24,000 nt of DNA from the NCBI RefSeq assembly GCF_031316635.1, contig NZ_VKPU01000004.1. One strand, 5' to 3'. This document shows, piece by piece, positions 1 to 8,575 of the stretch; positions within the stretch are counted from its first letter, which is position 1; every line of letters starts with the position of its first letter. Origin of the DNA: Bacillus mojavensis. GTDB lineage: Bacteria; Bacillota; Bacilli; Bacillales; Bacillaceae. A program made the position numbers and the translations under genes. Under the pieces are notes generated by a model. That model did no database searches and was not told where the DNA came from. It saw nothing but the letters and a program-made list of their open reading frames with translations.

Positions 1-1
1 C

Positions 2-133
2 AAACAAGCATTAAAGGCAGATCAGCAGATGCGCCTAGAACGTTATGAACAGATGCTGAAAGAGTGGTCAATACATGAAAAAGAGATGTTTGGCGAACTT
101 CTGCAGCGTATGAACAAGGCCTTTGTCGATTAA
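2..133 (+). CDS. yxaD: 3' end of a gene entering from the left edge; by position probably the MarR-family regulator YxaD
   Basis: Frame 2 is open from the window edge to TAA at 131-133 (...KQALKADQQMRLERYEQMLKEWSIHEKEMFGELLQRMNKAFVD*). A terminator hairpin follows directly. The family call rests on remembered 168 synteny, since no HTH is visible in this fragment. Confidence 0.45.
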   Translation, partial: KQALKADQQMRLERYEQMLKEWSIHEKEMFGELLQRMNKAFVD

Positions 134-137
134 CATC

Positions 138-174
138 AAAAAACCCATGCATGTTAAATCTGCATGGGTTTTTA
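138..174. terminator. Bidirectional rho-independent terminator between yxaD and yxnA
   Basis: Perfect inverted repeat aaaacccatgca / tgcatgggtttt, with an A-run on the left and a T-run on the right, between two convergent stop codons. Confidence 0.7.
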
Positions 175-199
175 TGGTGTGCAATCAAATGGGAAGCTC

Positions 200-1270
200 T
201 TATTTGGTGCGTTTAACGGCAGCCCAGACACAAGCAAGCCCGACAGCCGCAGCCGCAGTTACCGCCGGGCGCTTTGTGGCCTTTGCATAATAGCTTCTTG
301 ACCGAAGCCACCCTTTATTTGTCCCCCTGTCATGCATGCCGTAGCCCGCATGGTAAAGCGCGCTTTCTTCACGCGGTTTGGACGGTCTTTCCGCATGCTG
401 GCTGTAGTACATGATTTTTTCCATCAGCCTGTCGGTCAGCCGGGGAAAGAGTGCACCCAGCATGGCGATGGCTTTTGCCTGCGAGCCGATGTACATGTCG
501 CGTTTCGGATGTTCAGCGGCAAACAGGATGGCTTCGGCTGCAGCTTCCGGCGGATAGATCATAGAGCGGTAATGAGCCGGCTGTTTGTCCAGGTAGCTTC
601 TGGCGTGTTCGTTGTAGGGTGTGTCGATTCTGCCTGGATGGATGAGTGTGACCGAGACGGGTGCCTGTTCTTTTTCAAGCTCCATTCGAATGCTTTCTGT
701 CCATCCGTGAAGCGCGAATTTCGCAGACGCGTAGGTGGATTGAATGACGGTTCCTCTGTCGCCGAACAGGCTTCCTACATTGATGAGAGCACCCGGACCG
801 CCTCTGCTTGTAAAGTGTTTGACGGCTGCCCTTGTTCCATAGACCGGACCCCAGAAATTGGTGTCAAACACGCGCTTCATGTCTTCGGTGGTCACATCCA
901 TGGCGTGTCCGAAAACCGAAACAGCAGCGTTGTTAACCCATGTGTCAAACTGGCCGAATGTGCTGATCGCGGTTTCTGCGATGCGGTTGACGTCTTCTTC
1001 TTTTCCCACATCCGCCTTTACATAGATGGCTTCGTGCCCTTTTTTCTTTACTTCGTCAACGAGCTCCTGAAGGGCCTCTTCATTTCGGGCTGCTGCGACG
1101 ACTTTTGCTCCTTTTTCGGCTGCCATTCTCGCGGTGACGAGGCCGATTCCGCTTGTAGCACCGGTAATGACGATGACTTGATCCTTTACTTTTTTCAGTT
1201 TGAGCTTCGTTTTCGGGTTTTGCTGTTTTTCAAGCTGTTCAGTATTGGTGACCGTATCATCATTTGGCAT
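200..1270 (-). CDS. yxnA: Short-chain dehydrogenase/reductase with C-terminal extension (YxnA-like)
   Basis: Rossmann motif VIVITGATSGIG, NNAA, and YxxxK (YASAKFAL). The start is moved to ATG 1270 (MPNDD...) because AGGAGGGG lies 8-9 nt upstream; the tracked ATG at 1291 lies upstream of that SD. Confidence 0.85.
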   Translation of the reverse strand: MPNDDTVTNTEQLEKQQNPKTKLKLKKVKDQVIVITGATSGIGLVTARMAAEKGAKVVAAARNEEALQELVDEVKKKGHEAIYVKADVGKEEDVNRIAETAISTFGQFDTWVNNAAVSVFGHAMDVTTEDMKRVFDTNFWGPVYGTRAAVKHFTSRGGPGALINVGSLFGDRGTVIQSTYASAKFALHGWTESIRMELEKEQAPVSVTLIHPGRIDTPYNEHARSYLDKQPAHYRSMIYPPEAAAEAILFAAEHPKRDMYIGSQAKAIAMLGALFPRLTDRLMEKIMYYSQHAERPSKPREESALYHAGYGMHDRGTNKGWLRSRSYYAKATKRPAVTAAAAVGLACVWAAVKRTK

Positions 1271-1359
1271 CGAGAATCCCCTCCTAGACATGTTTGTCTA
1301 CATTTACCCCAACCGGGAGGCCACTACCCCTTTTTGACAATCCCAAGGTTCTTTTTTAT

Positions 1360-1377
1360 ATTATATAAGTCGCTCTA
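1360..1377 (+). promoter_or_regulatory. LmrA/QdoR-type operator box upstream of qdoR
   Basis: ATTATATAAGTCGCTCTA lies 25 nt upstream of the qdoR start. It resembles the remembered LmrA/YxaF box consensus AWTATAtagaNYGgTCTA, with mismatches only at weakly conserved positions. Confidence 0.6.
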
Positions 1378-1401
1378 CCATACCTAGGAGGGAATGTTTC
1401 A

Positions 1402-1977
1402 ATGACTAGCAGAGGAGATTCACGTGAAAAAATCCTTCACACAGCATCACGTCTGTTCCAGCTGCAAGGATATCACGCGACGGGCTTAAACCAGATTGTG
1501 AAAGAAAGCGGTGCTCCTAAGGGATCGCTTTATCACTTTTTTCCGAATGGCAAAGAAGAATTAGCAATTGAAGCGGTTTCATATACAGGAAAGATCGTTG
1601 AGCATGTGATACAGCAAAGTATGGATGAATCCTCTGATCCAACAGAAGCGATTCAGCATTTTATCAAAAAAACCGCCAGCCAGTTTGACAATACGGAAAG
1701 CATTCAAGGGATTCCAGTCGGCTTGCTGGCGAGTGAAACGGCGTTAATCAGCGAGTCGCTGCGCACGGTTTGCATGAAGGTGTTTAAAAGCTGGGAAGCG
1801 GTTTTCGCCAGAAAATTAAAGGAAAACGGATTTGCAGAAGAAGAAGCAAATCAGCTTGGGATGCTGATCAATTCGATGATTGAAGGCGGTATTATGCTTT
1901 CGTTAACGAATAAAGACAAAACGCCCCTTCTTCTCATTGCCGAACAAATTCCAGTATTGGTGAGGAAAAAAGGGTAG
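1402..1977 (+). CDS. qdoR: TetR-family flavonoid-responsive repressor QdoR (YxaF)
   Basis: 191 aa. N-terminal TetR HTH (REKILHTASRLFQLQGYHATGLNQIVKESGAPKGSLYHFF). SD GGAGGG precedes the ATG. It lies directly upstream of the bicupin dioxygenase, as in B. subtilis. Confidence 0.9.
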   Translation: MTSRGDSREKILHTASRLFQLQGYHATGLNQIVKESGAPKGSLYHFFPNGKEELAIEAVSYTGKIVEHVIQQSMDESSDPTEAIQHFIKKTASQFDNTESIQGIPVGLLASETALISESLRTVCMKVFKSWEAVFARKLKENGFAEEEANQLGMLINSMIEGGIMLSLTNKDKTPLLLIAEQIPVLVRKKG

Positions 1978-2001
1978 CAATTTGTTATCCTTTCCCCTAC
2001 A

Positions 2002-2050
2002 ATTATATAGAACGGTCTAGTTAGAAACCTAAAATATATAGACTGGTCTA
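2002..2050 (+). promoter_or_regulatory. Two tandem LmrA/QdoR operator boxes in the qdoI promoter region
   Basis: ATTATATAGAACGGTCTA (2002-2019) and AATATATAGACTGGTCTA (2033-2050). Both fit the remembered consensus AWTATAtagaNYGgTCTA at every position. They sit just upstream of the qdoI SD (GGAGG). Confidence 0.75.
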
Positions 2051-2066
2051 AATTGGAGGAAACAAC

Positions 2067-3080
2067 ATGAAAACGTTAAGTAAACATTCACTGCCCAAAG
2101 AAAAAGTGCCTTACTTGCTCCGCAGCGGAGAGGGAGAGCGCTACTTGTTCGGCAGACAGGTTGCGACAGTGATGGCAAACGGAAAGAGCACGGGAGATTT
2201 GTTCGAGATCGTACTGCTTTCTGGGGGAAAAGGGGATGCCTTTCCGCTTCATATTCACAAAAATACGCATGAAGGGCTTCTTGTTCTGGACGGTAAGCTT
2301 GAACTGACGCTTGATGGTGAACATTATCTTTTAGTAGCTGGTGATTATGCGAATATTCCGGCCGGAACGCCGCACAGCTACCGGATGCAGAGCCATAGAA
2401 CACGGCTGGTGTCTTACACAATGAAAGGAAATGTCGCACATATGTATTCCGTGCTTGGAACGCCGTATGATCACGCTGAACATCCGCCGCACGCAAGCGA
2501 AGAAGTGTCAAAAGAGCGTTTTGTAAAAGCGGCTGAGGTGGCGGACATTATGTTTGCGGAGGATGAAAACCCTGCCGGTGCTCCAAAACTAGTGGAGAAT
2601 ACAGAACTTCCGGATGGCGTTGTTCCATATGTGCTTGAGTCTGGAGAAGGAGACCGTTTGTTGACGGGCGATCAGCTACACCGGATAGTGGCTGCGCAAA
2701 AGAATACAGACGGGCAATTTATCGTTGTATCATCTGAAGGCCCTAAAGGCGATCGCATCGTTGATCATTACCATGAGCATCATACAGAAACATTCTATTG
2801 CCTTGAAGGACAAATGACGATGTGGGCCGATGGTGAAGAAATTCAGCTTAATCCAGGAGATTTTCTGCATGTTCCTGCCAACACTGTACACTCCTATCGC
2901 TTGGATTCTCACTATACAAAAATGGTGGGGGTATTGGTTCCGGGCTTATTCGAGCCGTTTTTCCGCACGTTAGGAGATCCGTATGAGGGGCATATCTTCC
3001 CGAGTGAACCTCAAGCTTTGCGATTCGACCGTGTCTTGCAGAATATCGACACATTAGATTTAAAGGTCATGAAACCATAA
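2067..3080 (+). CDS. qdoI: Quercetin 2,3-dioxygenase, bicupin (QdoI/YxaG)
   Basis: 337 aa with two cupin modules, each carrying His-rich metal motifs (HIHKNTHEG...PAGTPHSY and HYHEHHTETFYCLEG...PANTVHSY). Confidence 0.95.
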   Translation: MKTLSKHSLPKEKVPYLLRSGEGERYLFGRQVATVMANGKSTGDLFEIVLLSGGKGDAFPLHIHKNTHEGLLVLDGKLELTLDGEHYLLVAGDYANIPAGTPHSYRMQSHRTRLVSYTMKGNVAHMYSVLGTPYDHAEHPPHASEEVSKERFVKAAEVADIMFAEDENPAGAPKLVENTELPDGVVPYVLESGEGDRLLTGDQLHRIVAAQKNTDGQFIVVSSEGPKGDRIVDHYHEHHTETFYCLEGQMTMWADGEEIQLNPGDFLHVPANTVHSYRLDSHYTKMVGVLVPGLFEPFFRTLGDPYEGHIFPSEPQALRFDRVLQNIDTLDLKVMKP

Positions 3081-3085
3081 TATCT

Positions 3086-3116
3086 CCGGGCTTCCTGTGA
3101 AGCCTGGCTTTTTATT
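3086..3116 (+). terminator. Rho-independent terminator of qdoI
   Basis: ccgggcttc-ctgt-gaagcctgg hairpin (9 bp with one G-U pair) followed by cttttta. Confidence 0.7.
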
Positions 3117-3228
3117 GTGAAGGTGACAGAATTGTAAGGTTTTTCCTTTGTGTTGCCATCTAAATCGATGTTTCTTCGCTTCTATTTTTCATACGCTTGA
3201 GGTATAGAAATAAAGGAGCGTGATTCAT

Positions 3229-4434
3229 ATGGCTTCATTACAGCCGACTCTGACAAATGAGCGGATTGGTGTGCTTGACGTGTTAAGAGGAATTGCCATT
3301 TTCGGCATCCTATTTGTGAATTTGGCGCACTTCAGTTATCCGGATATGTATTTGTCTATGCTTGGAAAGGATAATTTTTTCACGGAAAAGTGGTCTGATG
3401 CAGATTTTGCTGCAGCAGACATATTGAAATTTTTGATTCAAACCAAATGTATTTTACTGTTTTCATTTTTATTTGGGTTTGGCATGGTGGTGATGATGGA
3501 GAGAGCGTTAAGCAAAGGAAAACGTTTTGTCCCGCTTTATATCAGAAGATTATTGGCACTCTTCATCTTTGGCACCATTCATGCTTTTTTGATATGGGAC
3601 GGGGATATCTTAACGGAATATGCCCTGCTTGGTTTGGTTTTACTATTGTTTAGAAAAGCAAAGCCGAAAACACTGTTGATATGGGCAGTCTCTTTGTATC
3701 TCCTGTTTTCGCTTCCGTTCATTTTGGCAAGCTTTCATCAAGCGAACGGTCAAGAATGGGCACAGGCGGCCATTCAGCAGGCGAAGCAGGCGCTGCATGC
3801 TTACGGAAACGGCACCCTGAAAGACATTGCGGAACAGCGAATCCACGACCGTCTCGTATATATGTCAATGAATGGCATGCTGACCTATAATCCGCTGAAT
3901 TTCTTTTTTGCCTCCATCCCATATTTTAGTATGTTTTTGCTGGGCGCCGCGGCGGCAAAATCAAGATTGCTGCATCAGCCGGAAAAGCACCGCAAAGCGT
4001 TAAAAAGAGTATGGCTGTCTGGGCTGGTCATTGGCATCAGCGCTCATATATTGTACAGTGTGACCGAAAAAGAAGTATGTTTGCTGGTTGGAGCGCCTTT
4101 TCTTATGTTTTTCTACGTCACTACGATTGTGTATCTATATCATAAGACAAGACTGGCTAAGCCGCTGCAATACTTTTCTGCAGTCGGGAGAATGGCATTT
4201 ACCAACTATCTCATGCAATCAATCATTTGTACGTGGATTTTCTATTATTACGGGTTGGGGTTATACGGCAAAGTGTATCCGGCTGCGGGCGTGCTGATCA
4301 CGATCGCGGTATGTGCCCTTCAAATGATTTTCAGCCATCTTTGGCTTCGGGCATTTCGAATGGGGCCGTTTGAGTGGCTTTGGAGGAGCCTTACGTATAT
4401 GAAATGGCAGCCGATCTTGAAGAAATCAAGATAA
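3229..4434 (+). CDS. yxaH: Polytopic membrane protein, DUF418/YxaH-like
   Basis: Multiple hydrophobic helices. The C-terminal GPFEWLWRSLTY motif is typical of the DUF418 family. ATG 3229 is preferred (AAGGAG 10 nt upstream) over the tracked GTG 3220, which abuts the SD. Confidence 0.8.
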   Translation: MASLQPTLTNERIGVLDVLRGIAIFGILFVNLAHFSYPDMYLSMLGKDNFFTEKWSDADFAAADILKFLIQTKCILLFSFLFGFGMVVMMERALSKGKRFVPLYIRRLLALFIFGTIHAFLIWDGDILTEYALLGLVLLLFRKAKPKTLLIWAVSLYLLFSLPFILASFHQANGQEWAQAAIQQAKQALHAYGNGTLKDIAEQRIHDRLVYMSMNGMLTYNPLNFFFASIPYFSMFLLGAAAAKSRLLHQPEKHRKALKRVWLSGLVIGISAHILYSVTEKEVCLLVGAPFLMFFYVTTIVYLYHKTRLAKPLQYFSAVGRMAFTNYLMQSIICTWIFYYYGLGLYGKVYPAAGVLITIAVCALQMIFSHLWLRAFRMGPFEWLWRSLTYMKWQPILKKSR

Positions 4435-4436
4435 AT

Positions 4437-4471
4437 AAAAGTCTAGACTCATATTGGAGTCTAGACTTTTT
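4437..4471. terminator. Bidirectional terminator between yxaH and yxaI
   Basis: aaaa-gtctagactc-atattg-gagtctagac-ttttt. Perfect 10-bp stem flanked by A and T runs, between convergent genes. Confidence 0.8.
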
Positions 4472-4482
4472 CAGGTTTTCAA

Positions 4483-4938
4483 TTATTTATATACAACCCG
4501 TGTGCGGCAAATGATGTCATGAAGGCCCTTTTTCTCTCCGAATGCCACCATGATAAAACCGATATAAAAGATAATTCCAGATAATATGTACGCAAAGTAA
4601 CGGCCGATTGCCTGCCCGATAGACACGCGTCCGCCTTGTTCATTGACTACTTTCAGCCCGAGAATTTTCTTGCCGAGCGTGCCTTGCATTTTAGAAGCTG
4701 TAAGCAGCCCGTAATATAACACACTGATGACAATCATAATCAGCATGGTTGGCAAAAAGGCAAGCGTTAAGTATTTCACCATATATTCGTCTTTTGTCAT
4801 GTATGGGTCTGTTGCGATGGATCCAGCGATGAATACAGAATTGATAATAAATAGAATAATATAGCTAGGAACAGATACAATAATGCCATCAATCAAATAA
4901 GCTAAAACACGAATCCAAAATCCTGCCGGTTTTTCCAT
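4483..4938 (-). CDS. yxaI: RDD-family small membrane protein (YxaI-like)
   Basis: 151 aa from ATG 4938 (MEKPAGFWIRVLAYLIDGII...), with AAAGGAGAG upstream. RDD-like R...D...D pattern and three TM segments. The longer tracked ORF (to 5097) has no SD. Confidence 0.8.
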   Translation of the reverse strand: MEKPAGFWIRVLAYLIDGIIVSVPSYIILFIINSVFIAGSIATDPYMTKDEYMVKYLTLAFLPTMLIMIVISVLYYGLLTASKMQGTLGKKILGLKVVNEQGGRVSIGQAIGRYFAYILSGIIFYIGFIMVAFGEKKGLHDIICRTRVVYK

Positions 4939-5100
4939 GTATATTTCTCTCTCCTTTGAATTAATCTGGAACAGTATACTTTGTAAAAAAAGCTTTTGCA
5001 ATATGATATGGTGATAAAATCCTGATATTACTGAAAAATGAGTCTTATATCCTTTCTTTTCTACTATATAAATATACCAGAGATTGTTAAAAAGCATTTT

Positions 5101-5319
5101 TATACATTATTAGAAGCCATAAAGCAGTGCCAAATGCCTGAGGATGCAGTTCGTTATGATGAGAAAATCGGCTTGCTTCTGCCGGATAAACGAAAGGCGA
5201 AGGGCATCGGGTGTTTAGTGAGGACGATAAGAAACGACAGCTGTTGATCGACAGACGGGTTGGATGATATGAGCACGAGCTGCAAGCAGGTATGGGAGCT
5301 AATTGAAAATAAAGGTTAA
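5101..5319 (+). pseudogene. Frameshifted remnant of a MerR-family regulator
   Basis: Frame 1 gives YTLLEAIKQCQMPEDAVRYDEKIGLLLPDKRKA (MerR HTH pattern x-E-x-AK...RYYEKIGLL-P-R). The continuation GHRVFSEDDKKRQLLIDRRVG is in another frame from about 5202 and stops at 5265. A third piece, (L)DDMSTSCKQVWELIENKG*, returns to frame 1. No start codon or SD is present. Confidence 0.4.
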
Positions 5320-5343
5320 TATTTCTATTTTAGGAGGTGTCAA

Positions 5344-5775
5344 TTGATCATGTCCAGAAAAAATCGCGTGGTGATCTTGACTGCAATTTCTGCATTCCTT
5401 TTTTGCGCTATGATTGCTGCGGCTTCACTTTCTCCGCTGGCAGACACGGGGTCCTCAGCCAATCAGTTCAACTCTATCGGTATGTGGTCGGCAATTGGTA
5501 TGATACTTGTTTTCTATCTCATTCCCATCCTCATGTACATGCTGGGTGTGGATGCGATGAAATTTGTGATGGCGGCGCTTTGCGGCATGGGTTTGCTGAT
5601 TCACTTATCTACTGCTGCCATTGTGCTGATGGTGAGTGTATTCGGTGACCATCCGCTTTCTGATGTGATTACTGTGATGGGGCTCTGTCTCGCTTCAGCG
5701 GCTGTAAACATCATTTGGTTTTTTGCCGTTTTTCGTTCTTCGTCAAAGAAACCTGTCACAAGGAACTTTACATAG
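5344..5775 (+). CDS. yxaJ: Small integral membrane protein (YxaJ-like), function unknown
   Basis: 143 aa with four hydrophobic segments. AGGAGG at 5332-5337. The start is either TTG 5344 or ATG 5350. Confidence 0.7.
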   Translation: MIMSRKNRVVILTAISAFLFCAMIAAASLSPLADTGSSANQFNSIGMWSAIGMILVFYLIPILMYMLGVDAMKFVMAALCGMGLLIHLSTAAIVLMVSVFGDHPLSDVITVMGLCLASAAVNIIWFFAVFRSSSKKPVTRNFT

Positions 5776-5855
5776 TTTTCTATTTTTGCTGATGCATGAT
5801 TTTTCTGTGAACTACATTTATTCACAAACTGGAAATGACTGAACTGGGGATGATA

Positions 5856-5889
5856 GAAAAAGAGAATCTGCAAGGGATGCAGATTCTCT
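5856..5889 (-). terminator. Rho-independent terminator of aldX
   Basis: agagaatctgca-aggga-tgcagattctct, a perfect 12-bp stem 10 nt past the aldX stop. The T-run on the minus strand is the complement of aaaaa at 5856-5860. Confidence 0.75.
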
Positions 5890-5898
5890 GAACCATGT

Positions 5899-7236
5899 TT
5901 ATTTAGTAGCTTGAATAAACACACCTTTTTCATGGGAGAACTCTTTAAATCCGTATACCCCATGATAGGAGCCGATTCCGCTTGTGTTGACGCCGCCGAA
6001 TGGCAGGTTGACGTCACTGAAATGAACGACGACATCATTGATGGCTGCATTTCCTGATGTGGTGTGCTGAAGGACATTGCCGATCAGGTCTTGGTTGTGG
6101 CTGAATACATAAAGCGCGAGCGGTTTATCGCGGTCATTTACGTAATCAATGACTTCCTCGATGTCTTCATAGTTCATCATCGGCAGGATCGGTGCAAAGA
6201 TTTCTTCCTGCATGATCTTCATATCTGGCGTAACGTTTTTCAAAACGGTTGGCGAGATCGTACGGTCGCTTGCATCAAATACGCCGCCGAACACAACTTC
6301 CGCGCCTTTCTCGATGGCATCGTCGTATAAAGCTTTGACGCGGTTAAAGTTGCGGTCATTGACAATTTGCGTAAATTTGTTTCGGTCCGGCGTGTAATCA
6401 TCTTCCATAAATCCTGCGTTGACAATGGTTTGTAAAATGCCTGCGAACTTGTCCTGCACGTCTTTTTTAATGAAGACATAATCCGGCGCGATGCAGGTTT
6501 GACCGGCATTTACGAACTTGCCGACAGCAATTTTTTTCGCTGCGTCCATTAAGTCGTATTCACTGTCGATGATGGTCGGACTCTTGCCGCCAAGCTCAAG
6601 CGTGACAGATGCCAAGTGCTTGGCGGCTGCTGTCATGACGATTTTTCCCACATTTGTGCTTCCGGTGAAGAAAATGTGGTCGAACGGCTGATCAAGAAGC
6701 TCAGTGGCCACTTCAACCTCTCCTTCAAAAATGGCAACTTCTTTTTCGTCGAAAGCATCTCGAATGACTTTTGCGGCAATGTTGCTCGTGTTCATCGTAA
6801 AGTCTGACAGCTTCACAATGGCGCTGTTTCCTGCTGCGATAGAAGCGGCAAGCGGCGCCATCGTCAGCATAAACGGGTAGTTCCACGGACCGAGTATAAG
6901 CGTAACGCCTTTAGGCTCGTACATGAGGATTCCGTTGGCATCAGAGCTTAAGGATGAACCGACTTCTTTGGGTGCCATCCATGTTTCCAGGTTGTTCATA
7001 TTATCTCTGATCGCTTTTTTTGTACCTTCGATTTCTGCTTTTTTGACCTCGTGATACGGCTTCCGCACGTCTTTGCGGATCGCTTCGATGATTTCCTCTT
7101 CATGTGCGATGACGGAATCCAGAAAGCGCTGAAGCTTTTCTTTGCGCTGTTCCGCTGTTGAAGCGCGCAGCACTTTTTGCTGTTTTTTCTGAAGCTGGAA
7201 GACGCGCTGAATGTCGTCTTTTACTTGCTGTTCCAT
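5899..7236 (-). CDS. aldX: NAD(P)-dependent aldehyde dehydrogenase (AldX-like)
   Basis: 445 aa. ALDH signatures ELGGKSP, catalytic Cys region NAGQTCIAPDY, and EEIFAPILP. Confidence 0.9.
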   Translation of the reverse strand: MEQQVKDDIQRVFQLQKKQQKVLRASTAEQRKEKLQRFLDSVIAHEEEIIEAIRKDVRKPYHEVKKAEIEGTKKAIRDNMNNLETWMAPKEVGSSLSSDANGILMYEPKGVTLILGPWNYPFMLTMAPLAASIAAGNSAIVKLSDFTMNTSNIAAKVIRDAFDEKEVAIFEGEVEVATELLDQPFDHIFFTGSTNVGKIVMTAAAKHLASVTLELGGKSPTIIDSEYDLMDAAKKIAVGKFVNAGQTCIAPDYVFIKKDVQDKFAGILQTIVNAGFMEDDYTPDRNKFTQIVNDRNFNRVKALYDDAIEKGAEVVFGGVFDASDRTISPTVLKNVTPDMKIMQEEIFAPILPMMNYEDIEEVIDYVNDRDKPLALYVFSHNQDLIGNVLQHTTSGNAAINDVVVHFSDVNLPFGGVNTSGIGSYHGVYGFKEFSHEKGVFIQATK

Positions 7237-7377
7237 TGTAAAATCCCCCTCATTTGCTTTCTGCTTATCTCGGAACTATTATAAAGTGGTATCTTTTCTA
7301 TAAGAAAGACAACGGAGAATCATCTATACGTTACCGTACATATATCGAACATCTGTCTAAGTTTGGAGGTGACTCTT

Positions 7378-8538
7378 TTGCCGGAATCTGCTGAGGCTCA
7401 AATCAAACAGGCGCTTCTGGATTTATTAGAAAAAAGGGATATTCGACAGATTACAATGAAAGAAATTGCTGAACACGCACAAGTGAGCCGCGGGACACTC
7501 TATCTTTATTACGAGGATAAGTTTTCCATCATTGAGGATTTGATGGGTGACATGCAGGAAGGATTGAGCGAAGCGCTCTATGAAGCGTTCAAGCATATGG
7601 ATACACTTCATCTCAGCCAAAAGCGGCAAACCGTGCATCCGACATTGTCTTTTGTTCATCAGCATCAATCTTTCTTCTCAGCAATGATGGTTAGAGACAA
7701 CGTACCGTATCACAATTTCCACCGATTTTTTAAAGATGTGTTTCAGCAGGATGTCATGCTGTCTCCGATTCATGTCAATTTGACGCCCATGGAGCAGGAG
7801 ATTTACGGACATTACAGGGCTTTGTATACGTATGCGATTATTTTGTACTGGCTGAATGAGGATGCGTCAGCGTCTCCAGAAGCCATTAGCCACAAGGTAT
7901 GGGAACTTGTTTCTCAGAAACGGTTTTATTGGCTGTTTGGACAGGCTGTTGAAGCGGAGCCGGAGGAGAACAAGCAAATTGACCGTCGTGTTGTCCGCAC
8001 GAGACAGGCGCTGCAGGAGGCGTTGCTGGACGTATTGGCGGAGAAAAAAGACTATGCGGCGGTGACGATTTCGGATATTACCAGAAAAAGCAACATTCGC
8101 AGGGCGACCTTTTATGATCACTATGCCAATAAAGATGAGCTGGTACAAGCGATGATTCATCAATCGTGTGCAGATATGATTGACCGGCTGACGGTGAGTG
8201 CCAGTCCGGATGAGCTTTCTTTAGCGGAAGCTGAGACGGCGCTTGCCAGCCTGCTTTCTGCGTTATCGGAGCGCTCGCCTATTGTCCGGTTTCTCAAACC
8301 TGAATGGGGAATTCCTCATGTGATACCCAGCATGTTCAAAGCGCTGGAATCTTTTTACCTGCATCAGCAGCTTGATATCCGCGCGGGAAAGAAACTTTAT
8401 GCTTATTATGTTTCCGCTATGATTATCGGTTTGATGTTGTATCGGCTGGATGAGGGAAAGGCGCACGATCCGAGGGTGCTGGCCAGGGAGTTTTTGCAGT
8501 TTTTGGATGTGAAAAAGTATAAGGTTGTATTGCTTTGA
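7378..8538 (+). CDS. yxbF: Tandem (duplicated) TetR-family transcriptional regulator (YxbF-like)
   Basis: Two TetR HTH modules in one chain: ITMKEIAEHAQVSRGTLYLYYEDK near the N-terminus and VTISDITRKSNIRRATFYDHYANK about 220 aa later. TTG 7378 is preferred as start because the tracked TTG 7363 overlaps the SD GGAGGTG (7365-7371). Confidence 0.8.
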   Translation: MPESAEAQIKQALLDLLEKRDIRQITMKEIAEHAQVSRGTLYLYYEDKFSIIEDLMGDMQEGLSEALYEAFKHMDTLHLSQKRQTVHPTLSFVHQHQSFFSAMMVRDNVPYHNFHRFFKDVFQQDVMLSPIHVNLTPMEQEIYGHYRALYTYAIILYWLNEDASASPEAISHKVWELVSQKRFYWLFGQAVEAEPEENKQIDRRVVRTRQALQEALLDVLAEKKDYAAVTISDITRKSNIRRATFYDHYANKDELVQAMIHQSCADMIDRLTVSASPDELSLAEAETALASLLSALSERSPIVRFLKPEWGIPHVIPSMFKALESFYLHQQLDIRAGKKLYAYYVSAMIIGLMLYRLDEGKAHDPRVLAREFLQFLDVKKYKVVLL

Positions 8539-8542
8539 AGCG

Positions 8543-8575
8543 GCCCGGAGACTTGACCCGGGCTTTGTGTTGTTA
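8543..8575 (+). terminator. Putative terminator of yxbF
   Basis: gcccgg-(9 nt)-ccgggc stem just after the stop codon, followed by tttgtgttgtt. Confidence 0.5.

Noticed and set aside
332-1387. 351-aa plus-strand ORF across the yxnA locus
   Set aside because: It is antisense to a well-supported SDR gene. The translation is Cys/Phe/Arg-rich with no motifs, and there is no SD. It is a shadow ORF.
2029-2511. 160-aa minus-strand ORF overlapping the qdoI 5' half
   Set aside because: It is antisense to the bicupin dioxygenase and has no recognisable domain or SD. It would also run through the QdoR operator region.
5337-5648. 103-aa alternative-frame ORF in yxaJ, and the 158-aa minus ORF at 5601-6077
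   Set aside because: They overlap better-supported genes (the yxaJ membrane protein and the aldX 3' end) and cross the aldX terminator. Their composition is atypical and they have no SD.
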